Positions 25,876-42,340 are shown, numbered from the stretch's first letter. The stretch is 64,000 bases of DNA from Eledone cirrhosa (GCA_964016885.1 OZ024748.1:23994001-24058000); one strand, 5' to 3'. Notes: generated from the letters alone by a model not told the origin. Numbers and translations: made by a program.

Positions 25876-26633
25876 GAAACACTAACACATACACCACTAA
25901 CAACAAAATCAACTATTACTAGTACTACTACCACAACCACAACCATCAACAACACTAACACGACCACCCCAACACCACCGCCAACACCCACAATAACAAC
26001 ACCACCACCACCACCAACAACAACAGCAACAATAACAACAACACTGTGCCAGTTCCTATGGTCGGCATCAATATTTGCATTCTTTTGATATTTCCTCCGA
26101 AATTGATGCAGGGAAAACAAATCAAAATTAAATTACCACACCACCACCACCACCACAACTATCACCATCACCACTATCACCACCACCATCACCACCACCA
26201 CTATCACCACCACCACCGCCACTACCACTACCATCACCACCACCACCACCACCTCCACCACCTCCACCACCACCACCACCACCACCACCACCACCACCAC
26301 CACCACCACCACTACTACCACCACTACCACCACTACCACCACCTCCACCATGACCTCCACTACATCCCTATACTGGCTATACAGTAATAGATAATTTATA
26401 GAAACATTGATATAAAGAGGGTGAAAATAGTAATATAAGATTGAGTTAGAGAGAGGAGGAGAGAGAGAGAAGGGGAGAGACAGAAAGGGAGAGATAGGGA
26501 GAGAGAGAGAAAAGAAGAGATAGGGAGAGAGGGTAAGAAAGAGAGAGAGGGAAAGAGGGGCGAAGGAGAGATAGAAAGGAAAGGAAATATTAAACAAATA
26601 AAGGAAAAAGAAATTTAATAACTGGCACGACAC

Positions 26634-29600
26634 CATACAACGCACTACATACAACACTACATAGAACACACTACATACAACACTCTACATACAACACACT
26701 ACATACAACACACTACATACAACACACTACATACAACACTCTACATACAACACACTACATACAACACTCTACATACAACACACTACATACAACACACTAC
26801 ATACAACACACTACATACAACACTTTACATACAACACTCTACATACAACACTCTACATACAACGCACTACATACAACACTCTACATACAACACTCTACAT
26901 ACAACACACTACATACAAAACACTACATACAACACACTACATACAACACACTACATACAACACACTACATACAACACTCTACATACAACACTCTACATAC
27001 AACACTCTACATACAACACACTACATACAAAACACTACATACAACACACTACATACAACACTCTACATACAACACTCTACATACAACGCACTACATACAA
27101 CACTCTACATACAACACTCTACATACAACACACTACATACAAAACACTACATACAACACACTGCATACAACACTCTACATACAACACTCTACATACAACA
27201 CACTACATACAAAACTCTACATACAACACTCTACATACAACACACTACATACAACACTCTACATACAACACACTACATACAACACACTACATACAAAACT
27301 ACATACAACACACTACATACAACACACTGCATACAACACTCTACATACAACACACTACATACAACACACTACATACAACACACTGCATACAACGCTCTAC
27401 ATATAACACTCTACATACAACGCACTACATACAACACTCTACATACAACACTCTACATACAACACACTACATACAAAACACTACATACAACACACTACAT
27501 ACAACGCACTACATACAACACACTACATACAACACACTACATACAACACTCTACATACAACGCACTACATACAACAGTCTACATACAACACTCTACATAC
27601 AACACACTACATACAACACTCTACATACAACACACCACATACAACACACTACATACAACACTACATACAACACTCTACATGCAACACACTACATACAACA
27701 CACTACATACAACACACTACATACAACACACTGCATACAACACTCTACATACAACACACTACATACAACACACTACATACAACACACTGCATACAACGCT
27801 CTACATACAACACTCTACATACAACGCACTACATACAACACTCTACATACAACACTCTACATACAACACACTACATACAAAACACTACATACAACACACT
27901 ACATACAACGCACTACATACAACACACTACATACAACACACTACATACAACACTCTACATACAACACTTTACATACAACACACTACATACAACACACTAC
28001 ATACAACACACTACATACAACACACTACATACAAAACACTACATACAACACACTACATATAACACTCTACATACAACACTCTACATACAACACACTACAT
28101 ACAACGTACTACATACAACACACTACATACAACACACTACATACAACACACTACATACAACACACTACATACAACACACTACATACAACACACTACATAC
28201 AACACTCTACATACAACACACTACATACAACACACTACATACAACACACTACATACAACACACTACATACAACGTACTACATACAACACACTACATACAA
28301 CACACTACATACAACACTCTACATACAACACTCTACATACAACACACTACATACAACACACTACATACAACACTCTACATACAACACACTACATACAACA
28401 CTCTACATACAACAGTCTACATACAACACACTACATACAACACTCTACATACAACACACTACATACAACACTCTACATACAACACACTACATACAACACA
28501 CTACATACAACACTCTACATACAACACACTACATACAACACACTACATACAACACTCTACATACAACACACTACATACAACACTCTACATACAACACTCT
28601 ACATACAACACACTACATACAACACTCTACATACAACACACTACATACAACACACTACATACAACACACTACATACAACACACTACATACAACACTCTAC
28701 ATACAACACACTACATACAACACTCTACATACAACACACTACATACAACACACTACATACAACACTACATACAACACACTACATACAACACACTACATAC
28801 AACACACTGCATACAACACTCTACATACAACACTCTACATACAACACACTACATACAACACACTACATACAACACACTACATACAACACACTGCATACAA
28901 CACTCTACATACAACACTCTACATACAACACACTACATACAACACACTACATACAACACTCTACATACAACACACTACATACAACACACTACATACAACA
29001 CACTGCATACAACGCACTACATACAACACTCTACATACAACATTCTACATACAACACACTACATACAAAACACTACATACAACACTACATACAACACACT
29101 ACATACAACACACTACATACAACACACTACATACAACACACTACATACAACACACTACATACAACACTACATACAACACACTACATACAACGCACTACAT
29201 ACAACACACTACATACAACACTCTACATACAACGCACTACATACAACACACTACATACAACACACTACATACAACACTCTACATACAACACACTACATAC
29301 AACACACTACATACAACACACTGCATACAACACACTACATACAACACACTACATACAACACACTACATACAACACACTACATACAACACTACATACAACA
29401 CACTACATACAACACACTACATACAACACACTACATACAACACACTACATACAACACTCTACATACAACACACTACATACAACACACTACATACAACACT
29501 CTACATACAACACTCTACATACAACACACTACATACAACACACTACATACAACACACTACATACAACACACTACATACAAAACACTACATACAACACTCT

Positions 29601-31150
29601 ACATACAACACACTACATACAACACACTACATACAATACACTACATACAACACACTACATACAACACACTACATACAACACACTACATACAACACACTAC
29701 ATACAACACACTACATACAACACACTACATACAACACACTACATACAACACTACATACAACACACTACATACAACACACTACATACAACACACTACATAC
29801 AACACTCTACATACAACACACTACATACAACACACTACATACAACACACTACATACAACACACTACATACAACACACTACATACAACACACTACATACAA
29901 CACACTACATACAACACACTACATACAACACACTACATACAACGCACTACATACAACACACTACATACAACACTCTACATACAACGCACTACATACAACA
30001 CACTACATACAACACACTACATACAACACACTACATATAACACACTACATACAACACACTACATACAACACTACATACAACACACTACATACAACACACT
30101 ACATACAACACACTACATACAACACTCTACATACAACACACTACATACAACACACTACATACAACACACTACATACAACACACTACATACAACACACTAC
30201 ATACAACACACTACATACAACACACTACATACAACACACTACATACAACACTACATACAACACACTACATACAACACACTACATACAACACACTACATAC
30301 AACACTCTACATACAACACACTACATACAACACACTACATACAACACTACATACAACACACTACATACAACACACTACATACAACACACTACATACAACA
30401 CACTACATACAACACACTACATACAACACACTACATACAACACACTACATACAACACACTACATACAACGCACTACATACAACACACTACAATCAACACT
30501 CTACATACAACGCACTACATACAACACACTACATACAACACACTACATACAACACACTACATACAACACTCTACATACAACACACTACATACAACACTCT
30601 ACATACAACACACTACATACAACACACTACATACAACACTACATACAACACACTACATACAACACACTACATACAACACACTGCATACAACACTCTACAT
30701 ACAACACTCTACATACAACACACTACATACAACACACTACATACAACACACTACATACAACACACTGCATACAACACTCTACATACAACACACTACATAC
30801 AACACACTACATACAACACTACATACAACACACTACATACAACACACTACATACAACACACTGCATACAACACTCTACATACAACACTCTACATACAACA
30901 CACTACATACAACACACTACATACAACACACTACATACAACACACTGCATACAACACTCTACATACAACACTCTACATACAACACACTACATACAACACA
31001 CTACATACAACACTCTACATACAACACACTACATACAACACACTACATACAACACACTGCATACAACGCACTACATACAACACTCTACATACAACATTCT
31101 ACATACAACACACTACATACAAAACACTACATACAACACACTACATACAC
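26634..31150. repeat. ~4.5 kb satellite, 14-bp unit CTACATACAACACA
   Basis: Direct reading, with variants CACT/CGCA and 12-bp deletion units. Confidence 0.97.
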
Positions 31151-31226
31151 CTCATCAACATACTTCATATAACACATTACACGTCATATTACACACTATA
31201 CAACATACAACGGATCACATTATATA

Positions 31227-31323
<97 letters not shown>

Positions 31324-31476
31324 ATAATAATAAATTTGAAGACTAAAATCCAAAGAGGGTTCGATAAGGATAAATATATATCAAATATATAAGAACCGTA
31401 GAGCGAATATTTATTAAAATAACAGAGTAAAGTTTAAGCAAAGAATCGCTGCTTTCACCCTTAACGGGATAAGATC

Positions 31477-32690
31477 GTGAGAAAGAATCCCAAAAGGCGG
31501 AGGGGGAGATAGTCACGCGACATAACGGTCGAGAAACAGAGCTAAGCCTCTTATAACCACGAAGAAAATACCACGGAGGCGGAGGGGGTATTCATATCGA
31601 GGCCGTAGAAGAGGTAGTGAAGAAGGCGAGAAGTATGAGTAATGGAAGCTTTCCAGTTGTCCCCACACTTCAAAGATTGCTCGACCAGAGGGAGTTATTA
31701 ATATATTAAGAAACACACAGATACATGCGGACATTACTCATACTTCTCGCCTTCTTCACTACCTCTTCTACGGCCTCGATATGAATACCCCCTCCGCCTC
31801 CGTGGTATTTTCTTCGTGGTTATAAGAGGCTTAGCTCTGTTTCTCGACCGTTATGTCGCGTGACTATCTCCCCCTCCGCCTTTTGGGATTCTTTCTCACG
31901 TCGTGTAGACGCGTTCTTGAGACTAGTAAAATGAGGTATCCTCTTGATAAGTCGGCAGACCTCGCAAGGACTCTATATCTTTGATATATTGTTTTTGTTT
32001 ATGCCACGAAACTACGTAGTCGAGGAATTTAGGAACAGTTTAGGTATGATACATTTTATTACTAATTATATCTAAATGTTTCTTCTCTCTTCATAATGTA
32101 TTTTTAACTCTGATACTGGTTCAGTCTGGTTTAAACTGAATTGGTCTGTCCCAGTCATTCATTGAGCAACATCGGTGAAGTTGGCACCCTTAACTCACAG
32201 TTGGGTGCGGATGCATTCATGTATATATGTGTGTGTCCGCATGTATCTGTGTGTTTCTTAATATATTAATAACTCCCTCTGGTCGAGCAATCTTTGAAGT
32301 GTGGGGACAACTGGAAAGCTTCCATTACTCATACTTCTCGCCTTCTTCACTACCTCTTCTACGGCCTCGATATGAATACCCCCTCCGCCTCCGTGGTATT
32401 TTCTTCGTGGTTATAAGAGGCTTAGCTCTGTTTCTCGACCGTTATGTCGCGTGACTATCTCCCCCTCCGCCTTTTGGGATTCTTTCTCACGTCGTGTAGA
32501 CGCGTTCTTGAGACTAGTAAAATGAGGTATCCTCTTGATAAGTCGGCAGACCTCGCAAGGACTCTATATCTTTGATATATTGTTTTTGTTTATGCCACGA
32601 AACTACGTAGTCGAGGAATTTAGGAACAGTTTAGGTATGATACATTTTATTACTAATTATATCTAAATGTTTCTTCTCTCTTCATAATGT
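31477..32690 (+). mobile_element. Partial tandem (~591 bp period) pLTR-like element with inverted 5' segment and degenerate hammerheads
   Basis: 31733-32100 is repeated at 32324-32691, and 31477-31732 is the reverse complement of ~32235-32491. TCCTC-TTGATAA-GTCGGCA..TGCCAC-GAAAC-TACGTA-GTC-GAGGA at 31939-32026 and 32530-32617. Confidence 0.8.
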
Positions 32691-33402
32691 ATATATATAT
32701 ATATATATATATATACATACATACATACATACATACATACATACATACAAATATATACACACACATAACATAAGTACACACATATACACATACACACACC
32801 ACATGATGTATGAGTAATTTCAAGGGTATGTTGATGTTTGTGCTATATATATATGTGTGTGTGTGTATATATATATATAATTAAATAAACGTATATAAAT
32901 AAATAAATACGTATATAACAAGCGCACACACATACCTACAGGTAAATACCCAAATGTTCGGAGACGTACGTCAACCAAAGCACGAGGTACACATATACAC
33001 ACACCCTAGATACGTACGAACCCGCGTACTCACACAGGCGCAAAACTCACGTATACACATAACCAAAAGCATATGTACCAGAATATATCAAATATACGCC
33101 ATAACATATACAATCAAATATACGTACGAGAAAGTATACGTACCTTCACAAAACATACAGGTAATATATACTTACCTATGCAAATAAGTAATGGTATAAA
33201 CATAACATATACTTAGCTACCACATCAAGGCGTAAAATATTCGCGTATAGATAGTACTATCCGTTAGGGTATAATGTGGGGCTGTAATACAGGAAAGTTT
33301 TGTGCAATTTATGTTTACAAGCCGAAATTGCTTTAGATTTCTAGTTTAAGATGTGATATGTATATATATATATATATATATACACATATATATAAACATA
33401 TA

Positions 33403-33491
<89 letters not shown>

Positions 33492-33539
33492 GCACACAGA
33501 TATATAAATGAAAATATAGAAATTATTGTGAGCAAGAAG

Positions 33540-33651
<112 letters not shown>

Positions 33652-33954
33652 AAATATATATATGAATGAATAGTAAACAGGTCAGCGTCGTCTTTAAATA
33701 ACCACCCATCTATAACACTGACTTACACAGAGATCAAATTTATAGTTCGACCAGTATTGATCAAACGTATTTGTAATTCGGTGAATATAGATTTGATAAA
33801 CTAAAACAAGTTCCAGCCTGAAATAAGTACTGGTACAGAAATATGTCGATATTATCGATTGAAATATCATTGAAGTGAATGGAACGATTTCTGATTAGCA
33901 TGCTTTTAGTTTTGTTATGTTGCTAGTGCCATGTGTCCTTGACTTCTGATTGAG

Positions 33955-36900
33955 TCCATGGTGATATACGATATGTATTGGTCAGTCGTAGGGACGCCAT
34001 GGTGATATAAATGTGTTGGTCAGTTGTAAGGGGTACCATAGTGATGTAAATGTATGACATGTGTTGGTTAGTTGTAAGTAGCACTATAGTGATGTATGAC
34101 ATCTGTGGGTCAGTTGTAAGTAGTACTATAGTGATGTATGACATGTGTGGGTCAGTTTAAGTAGTACTATAGTGATGTATGACATGTGTTGGTCAGTTAT
34201 AAGTAGTACTATAGTGATGTATGACATGTGTTGGTCAGTTGTAAGTAGTACTATAGTGATGTATGACATGTGTGGGTCAGTTGTAAGTAGTATTATAGTG
34301 ATATATGACATGTGTTGGTCAGTTGTAAGTAGTACTATAGTGATGTATGACATGTGTTGGTCAGTTGTAAGTAGTACTATAGTGATGTATGACATGTGTG
34401 GGTCAGTTGTAAGTAGTACTATAGTGATGTATGACATGTGTGGGTCAGTTGTAAGTAGTACTATAGTGATGTATGACATGTGTGGGTCGGTTGTAAGTAG
34501 TATTATAGTGATGTATGACATGTGTTGGTCAGTTGTAAGTAGTACTATAGTGTTGTATGACATGTGTGAGTCAGTTGTAAGTAGTACTATAGTGATGTAT
34601 GACATGTGAGGGTCAGTTGTAAGTAGTACCATAGTGATGTATGACATGTGTGGGTCAGTTGTAAGTAGTACTATAGTGATGTATGACATGTGTGGGTCAG
34701 TTGTAAGTAGTACTATAGTGATGTATGACATGTGTGGGTCAGTTGTAAGTAGTACTATAGTGATGTATGACATGTGTGGGTCAGTTGTAAGTAGTACTAT
34801 AGTGATGTATGACATGTGTGGGTCAGTTGTAAGTAGTACTATAGTGATGTATGACATGTGTGGGTCAGTTGTAAGTAGTACTATAGTGATGTATGACATG
34901 TGTGGGTCAGTTGTAAGTAGTACTATAGTGATGTATGACATGTGTGGGTCAGTTGTAAGTAGTACTATAGTGATGTATGACATGTGTGGGTCAGTTGTAA
35001 GTAGTACTATAGTGATGTATGACATGTGTTGGTCAGTTGTAAGTAGTACTATAGTGATGTATGACATGTGTGGGTCAGTTGTAAGTAGTACTATAGTGAT
35101 GTATGACATGTGTGGGTCAGTTGTAAGTAGTACTATAGTGATGTATGACATGTGTGGGTCAGTTGTAAGTAGTATTATAGTGATATATGACATGTGTTGG
35201 TCAGTTGTAAGTAGTACTATATAGATGTATGACATGTGTGGGTCAGTTGTAAGTAGTACTATAGTGATGTATGACATGTGTGGGTCAGTTGTAAGTAGTA
35301 CTATAGTGATGTATGACTTGTGTGGGTCAGTTGTAAGTAGTACTATAGTGATGTATGACATGTGTGGGTCAGTTGTAAGTAGTACTATAGTGATGTATGA
35401 CATGTGTTGGTCAGTTGTAAGTAGTACTATAGTGATGTATGACATGTGTGGGTCAGTTGTAAGTAGTACTATAGTGATATATGACATGTGTGGGTCAGTT
35501 GTAAGTAGTATTATAGTGATGTATGACATGTGTGGGTCAGTTGTAAGTAGTATTATAGTGATGTATGACATGTGTTGGTCAGTTATAAGTAGTACTATAG
35601 TGATGTATGACATGTGTTGGTCAGTTGTAAGTAGTACTATAGTGATGTATGACATGTGTGGGTCAGTTGTAAGTAGTATTATAGTGATGTATGACATGTG
35701 TGGGTCAGTTGTAAGTAGTATTATAGTGATATATGACATGTGTTGGTCAGTTGTAAGTAGTACTATAGTGATGTATGACATGTGTGGGTCAGTTGTAAGT
35801 AGTACTATAGTGATGTATGACATGTGTGGGTCAGTTGTAAGTAGTACTATAGTGATGTATAACTTGTGTGGGTCAGTTGTAAGTAGTACTATAGTGATGT
35901 ATGACATGTGTGGGTCAGTTGTAAGTAGTACTATAGTGATGTATGACATGTGTTGGTCAGTTGTAAGTAGTACTATAGTGATGTATGACATGTGTGGGTC
36001 AGTTGTAAGTAGTACTATAGTGATGTATGACATGTGTGGGTCAGTTGTAAGTAGTACTATAGTGATGTATGACATGTGTGGGTCAGTTGTAAGTAGTACT
36101 ATAGTGATGTATGACATGTGTGGGTCAGTTGTAAGTAGTACTATAGTGATGTATGACATGTGTGGGTCAGTTGTAAGTAGTACTATAGTGATGTATGACA
36201 TGTGTGGGTCAGTTGTAAGTAGTACTATAGTGATGTATGACATGTGTGGGTCAGTTGTAAGTAGTACTATAGTGATGTATGACATGTGTGGGTCAGTTGT
36301 AAGTAGTACTATAGTGATGTATGACATGTGTTGGTCAGTTGTAAGTAGTACTATAGTGATGTATGACATGTGTGGGTCAGTTGTAAGTAGTACTATAGTG
36401 ATGTATGACATGTGTGGGTCAGTTGTAAGTAGTACTATAGTGATGTATGACATGTGTTGGTCAGTTGTAAGTAGTACTATAGTGATGTATGACATGTGTG
36501 GGTCAGTTGTAAGTATTACTATAGTGATGTATGACATGTGTGGGTCAGTTGTAAGTAGTACTATAGTGATGTATGACATGTGTGGGTCAGTTGTAAGTAG
36601 TACTATAGTGATGTATGACATGTGTGGGTCAGTTGTAAGTAGTACTATAGTGATGTATGACATGTGTGGGTCAGTTGTAAGTAGTACTATAGTGATGTAT
36701 GACATGTGTGGGTCAGTTGTAAGTAGTACTATAGTGATGTATGACATGTGTGGGTCAGTTGTAAGTAGTACTATAGTGATGTATGACATGTGTGGGTCAG
36801 TTGTAAGTAGTACTATAGTGATGTATGACATGTGTGGGTCAGTTGTAAGTAGTACTATAGTGATGTATGACATGTGTGGGTCAGTTGTAAGTAGTACTAT

Positions 36901-37638
36901 AGTGATGTATGACATGTGTGGGTCAGTTGTAAGTAGTACTATAGTGATGTATGACATGTGCTGGGTCAGTTGTAAGTAGTACTATAGTGATGTATGACAT
37001 GTGTGGGTCAGTTGTAAGTAGTACTATAGTGATGTATGACATGTGTGGGTCAGTTGTAAGTAGTACTATAGTGATGTATGACATGTGTGGGTCAGTTGTA
37101 AGTAGTACTATAGTGATGTATGACATGTGTGGGTCAGTTGTAAGTAGTACTATAGTGATGTATGACATGTGTGGGTCAGTTGTAAGTAGTACTATAGTGA
37201 TGTATGACATGTGTGGGTCAGTTGTAAGTAGTACTATAGTGATGTATGACATGTGTGGGTCAGTTGTAAGTAGTACTATAGTGATGTATGACATGTGTGG
37301 GTCAGTTGTAAGTAGTACTATAGTGATGTATGACATGTGTGGGTCAGTTGTAAGTAGTACTATAGTGATGTATGACATGTGTGGGTCAGTTGTAAGTAGT
37401 ACTATAGTGATGTATGACATGTGTGGGTCAGTTGTAAGTAGTACTATAGTGATGTATGACATGTGTGGGTCAGTTGTAAGTAGTACTATAGTGATGTATG
37501 ACATGTGTGGGTCAGTTGTAAGTAGTACTATAGTGATGTATGACATGTGTGGGTCAGTTGTAAGTAGTACTATAGTGATGTATGACATGTGTGGGTCAGT
37601 TGTAAGTAGTACTATAGTGATGTATGACATGTGCTGGG
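33955..37638. repeat. ~3.7 kb satellite, 42-bp unit GTCAGTTGTAAGTAGTACTATAGTGATGTATGACATGTGTGG
   Basis: Direct reading, consistent with the 14-aa periodicity in the ORF track. Confidence 0.97.
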
Positions 37639-38106
37639 TTGTTCAATCATAGGGACTCTGTAATTATATACGGTATGTTGGGTATTTCAAGCTGACTTTA
37701 ACACATCTCTCTCTCTCTCACTCTCTATCTATCTAATCCCCCTCACTATCTATCTCTCTATCTAACCCCATTCTCTCTCACTCTAGCTATCTACCCCCCC
37801 CCCCCCCCTCTCTCTCTCTCCAATATATTATTCACTCACTTGTAATATCATGAACGTTATGTTATTAAGTTCTTCAATGTCTTCTTCTCCACATTCTTAT
37901 GTTAACCAACTGAAATTGTAAACCAATTGGGATTAAATGTTGTTGTTGTTGCTGTCGACGTCGTTACTGTTGGAGTTGTTGTTGTTGAAGCTGTTATTGT
38001 CGTCGTTGTTGTTGCTATTGTTGCTGACTGGACAATCTTATGACGAGAGTCAGACGACCCGGTCAACTTCTTATGATCAATATGGTATTTTAACTATAGT
38101 CTACAA

Positions 38107-38987
38107 CAGGCATATCAAACACGTGGCTCTTTTCAAGCACACTTGCAGCCCTTTACAACCACACTCTGGCCCTTTACTAGTACACCTGTGGCCCGCACAA
38201 AGGTTTTTACAACACGGGCATGTTTTATTTTCGTAAAATTAGTTGTAATGTGCGCAAATAGTTGTCGTATGTGGCCCTCAGATATCACATATGTGACCCA
38301 TGTGGCCCTCAGATAACACAAATGTGACCCATGTGGCCCTCAGATAACACATATGTGACCCATGTGGCCCTCAGATAACACATATGTGACCCATGTGGCC
38401 CTCAGACAACACATATGTGACCCATGTGGCCCTCAGATAACACATATGTGACCCATGTGGCCCTCAGATATCACATATGTTACCCATGTGGCCCTCAGAT
38501 AACACATATGTGACCCATGTGGCCCTCAGACAACACATATGTGACCCATGTGGCCCTCAGACAACACATATGTGACCCATGTGGCCCTCAGATAACACAT
38601 ATGTGACCCATGTGGCCCTCAGATAACACATATGTGACCCATGTGGCCCTCAGACAACACATATGTGACCCATGTGGCCCTCAGACAACACATATGTGAC
38701 CCATGTGGCCCTCAGACAACACATATGCGACCCATGTGGCCCTCAGATAACACATATGTGACCCATGTGGCCCTCAGACAACACATATGTGACCCATGTG
38801 GCACTCAGATAACACATATGTGACCCATGTGGCCCTCAGACAACACATATGTGACCCATGTGGCCCTCAGACAACACATATGTGATCCATCTGGCCCTCA
38901 GACAACACATATGTGACCCATGTGGCCCTCAGATATCACATATGTGACCCATGTGGTCCTCGGGGGACCCTCAGTTTGACATGACTG
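38107..38987. mobile_element. hAT-type MITE carrying an expanded 30-bp minisatellite
   Basis: TIRs CAGGCATATCAAAC / GTTTGACATGACTG, with 8-bp TSD GTCTACAA (38099-38106) / GTCTACAT (38988-38995). Confidence 0.8.
38269..38961. repeat. 30-bp minisatellite ATGTGGCCCTCAGATAACACATATGTGACCC-type, about 23 units
   Basis: Direct reading. Confidence 0.95.
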
Positions 38988-39310
38988 GTCTACATCTCCC
39001 CCTGCTTTTGGACGTTACCTATCAAGAGCTACATTAATCCAATGTTTGAAGGTCGAAGGAGATTTAGCTGCTATTTCTAACGATCAAGTAAGGTTTTATT
39101 TTCTTCAAGTGTATATGTAGCACCTCCCCTAGGAGTAGTGGTTATTGTGACACTACTTTCGGATATTGCATATCTAGGGCTACATTCATTAAATGTTCCA
39201 CATCATTCTGGAAACGTTATGGTGGAAAAAGATTTAGCTGCTATTTCTAGCAGGTCGAACGATTAAGTAGGGCGAGGATGTATACTCGAAGCTTTTTAAA
39301 AAATATTATC

Positions 39311-39493
39311 TAGGCAGTATCAGTAGAGGGTCGGACGCCATGCTTTGCAGTATAGAGTTATATCCCTTAACGGTCTGAGATCAAATCTCGCCGGGGTTAA
39401 CTTCGCCTTTCATCCTTACGAGGTCGATAAAATAAAGTACCAGTAATGCACTGGGATAATTGCTGGCCTTGTGCCATAAGTAGAAACAATTAT
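39311..39493 (+). mobile_element. tRNA-derived SINE
   Basis: A-box-like GGCAGTATCAGTAG, B-box-like GAGATCAAATCTC, core CCTTTCATCCTTACGAGGTCGATAAAATAAAGTACCAG. Multiple copies in the window. Confidence 0.8.
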
Positions 39494-40069
39494 CTTTAAG
39501 CCATGATTAGATGTGATATTCATTCAATGTTCCACTTCATTCAGAAAACGCTATGGTCGAAAAAGATTTAGCTGCTATTTCTAGCAGGTCGAACGATCAA
39601 GTGGGTGGAGGGTGTATACCCCAAAGCTTTTTTTTTTTTTATTAGATATTATCTCTAAATGTGTAGCATCACCTCCATGATTAGATGTTGCTGTGATATT
39701 CTGATACTGTGATATCACGACAACACTGAGAATGTCAGTAGATTTTTATTTAGCCTTTTATTTTATTTATTTATTTTTTTTTTTTTTTCATTTCTTTCGA
39801 TTGTACTTGGTGACATTTTAATGTGAAATTCCCAAATTTGTTCAGAACAGAAGAGTGTGACGATTTCATATTTTGTTTAGCTAATACCACCCTCTCTCCA
39901 CTCCCCTCTATGTTACTTAGCAACCTGGTCCACTTCTAATAGAAACCTTTCCTTCTAATGTTTAGACTCCTCAATGGGATTGCTAACAAATATATACACA
40001 TTTTTATCGCCTTTATAGTTTAAAAACAACAATGCTTTGGTTATTGTTGTTTGTGTGTCTACGTCTGTA

Positions 40070-41390
40070 CAGCTGGATGTCTGGATGTCTGGATGTCTAT
40101 ATGTCTGTATGTCTGTATGTCTGTATATCTGTATATCTATATATTTATATATCTGTATGTCTGTATATCTGTATATCTATATCTGTATATCTATATCTGT
40201 ATATCTATATATCTGTATGTCTGTATATCTGTATATCTATATCTGTATATCTATATCTGTATATCTATATATCTGTATATCTATATATTTATATATCTGT
40301 ATGTCTGTATATCTGTATATCTATATCTGTATATCTATATCTGTATATCTATATATCTGTATATCTGTATATCTATATATCTGTATATCTGTATATCTGT
40401 ACATCTGTATATCTGTATATCTGTATATCTGTATATCTGTATATCTGTATATTTATATCTGTATATCTATATATCTGTATATCTATATATCTATATCTGT
40501 ATATCTATATATCTGTACATCTGTATATCTATATATCTGTATATCTGTATATCTATATATCTGTATATCTATATATCTATATATTTGTATATCTGTATAT
40601 CTGTACATCTGTATATCTGTATATCTGTATATCTATATATCTGTATATCTGTATATCTGTATATCTGTATATCTGTATATCTGTATATCTGTATATTTAT
40701 ATCTGTATATCTATATATCTGTATATCTATATATCTATATATTTGTATATCTGTATATCTGTATATCTGTACATCTGTATATCTGTATATCTGTATATCT
40801 ATATATCTGTATATCTGTATATCTGTATATCTGTATATCTGTATATCTATATATCTATATATCAGTATATCTGTATATCTGTACATCTGTATATCTATAT
40901 ATCTGTATATCTATATATCTGTATATCTGTATATCTGTATATCTGTATATCTGTATATCTGTATATCTATATATCTGTATATCTATATATCTGTATATCT
41001 ATATATCTGTATATCTATATATCTATATATCTGTATATCTGTATATCTGTATATCTGTATATCTATATATCTATATCTGTACATCTGTATATCTATATAT
41101 CTGTATATCTGTATATCTGTATATCTGTATATCTATATATCTATATCTGTACATCTATATATCTGTATATCTATATATCTGTATATCTGTATATCTGTAT
41201 ATCTGTATATCTGTATATCTGTATATTTATATCTGTATATCTATATCTATATATCTATATCTGTATATCTATATCTGTATATCTGTATGTCTGTCTGTCT
41301 CCATGTCTGTCTGTATGTCTGTCTGTCTGTATGTCTCCATGTCTGTCTGTCTCCATGTCTGTCTGTCTGTATGTATGTCTGTCTCCATGT
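40070..41390. repeat. (CTGTATAT)n / (CTATAT)n simple repeat
   Basis: Direct reading. Confidence 0.95.
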
Positions 41391-42340
41391 CTCATGCACG
41401 CACACTCTCGTAAACCTATATACACACACATTTGCTCATAGCTTCGTACAGACAAATAAGAAAACTCACACACACACACATACACACACACACACTTACT
41501 CACACACACACACACACACACACCCTCACTCACATACCCACACACTCACACACGCACACACACATACTTACTCACACACACACACTTACACACTTACACA
41601 CACTCACTCACACACACACACACACACTTACACACACACACTTACTCACACACACACACTTACACACATACACACACACTTACACACACACACACACACT
41701 TACACACACACACACACTTACTCACATACACACCTACATATCCACTCTATATTCTAAATAATTTTTTCCCTTTTCAGCAGTTTTGAATGGACCAGCTTTT
41801 TCTCAAATAATCTGTTTAATTTCTTCCCCTGCTCACTCTCCTCTATCTTTCTATTTCTTCTTTAATTTCTCATTCTATTTTCAGATGAAGGTCTAACGTC
41901 CGAAACGTTAAGACTCTTTTCCTACTACATCAAGCGGGAAACTAATATATTTCTTCATATGCTGTAGTGGAAGAAAAAAGAAAAAGCTATGCTCACGCAA
42001 CATACGTGAAAGTTATTTTGATCAAGTGACGCCTGTGATTGAAGCTTTTTTAAGTGAATCATGCATTTGATCCATCCCACTCTCTGAACTACAGTGATAG
42101 GTAACCAAAAAGAAGAATAGGTCAACCAATAAGCTGCCATCGAGTCGCAAGTTTTATGTCAGAGTTTTTCTTCTAGAGTGATGTCCTAACAAGAACCAGG
42201 GGCCTCTTACTCACGGTGGGCTAACTGCGCGCTCGGGCACCAAACCGAATATTTCTATGTCCCGCGCATACAAACATACATACATACATACATACATACA
42301 TACATACATACATACATACATACATACATACATACATACA

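Noticed and set aside
24894-26120. Gly/Ser-rich or mucin-like Thr-rich protein
   Set aside because: It is a 12-bp simple repeat open in several frames, with no splice or domain support.
34126-37652. MSYITIVLLTTDPH-repeat ORFs
   Set aside because: These are translations of the 42-bp satellite, open on both strands and broken by 1-bp indels.
38269-38961. CRISPR-like 30-bp repeat
   Set aside because: Units are contiguous with no unique spacers, there are no cas genes, and the context is eukaryotic.
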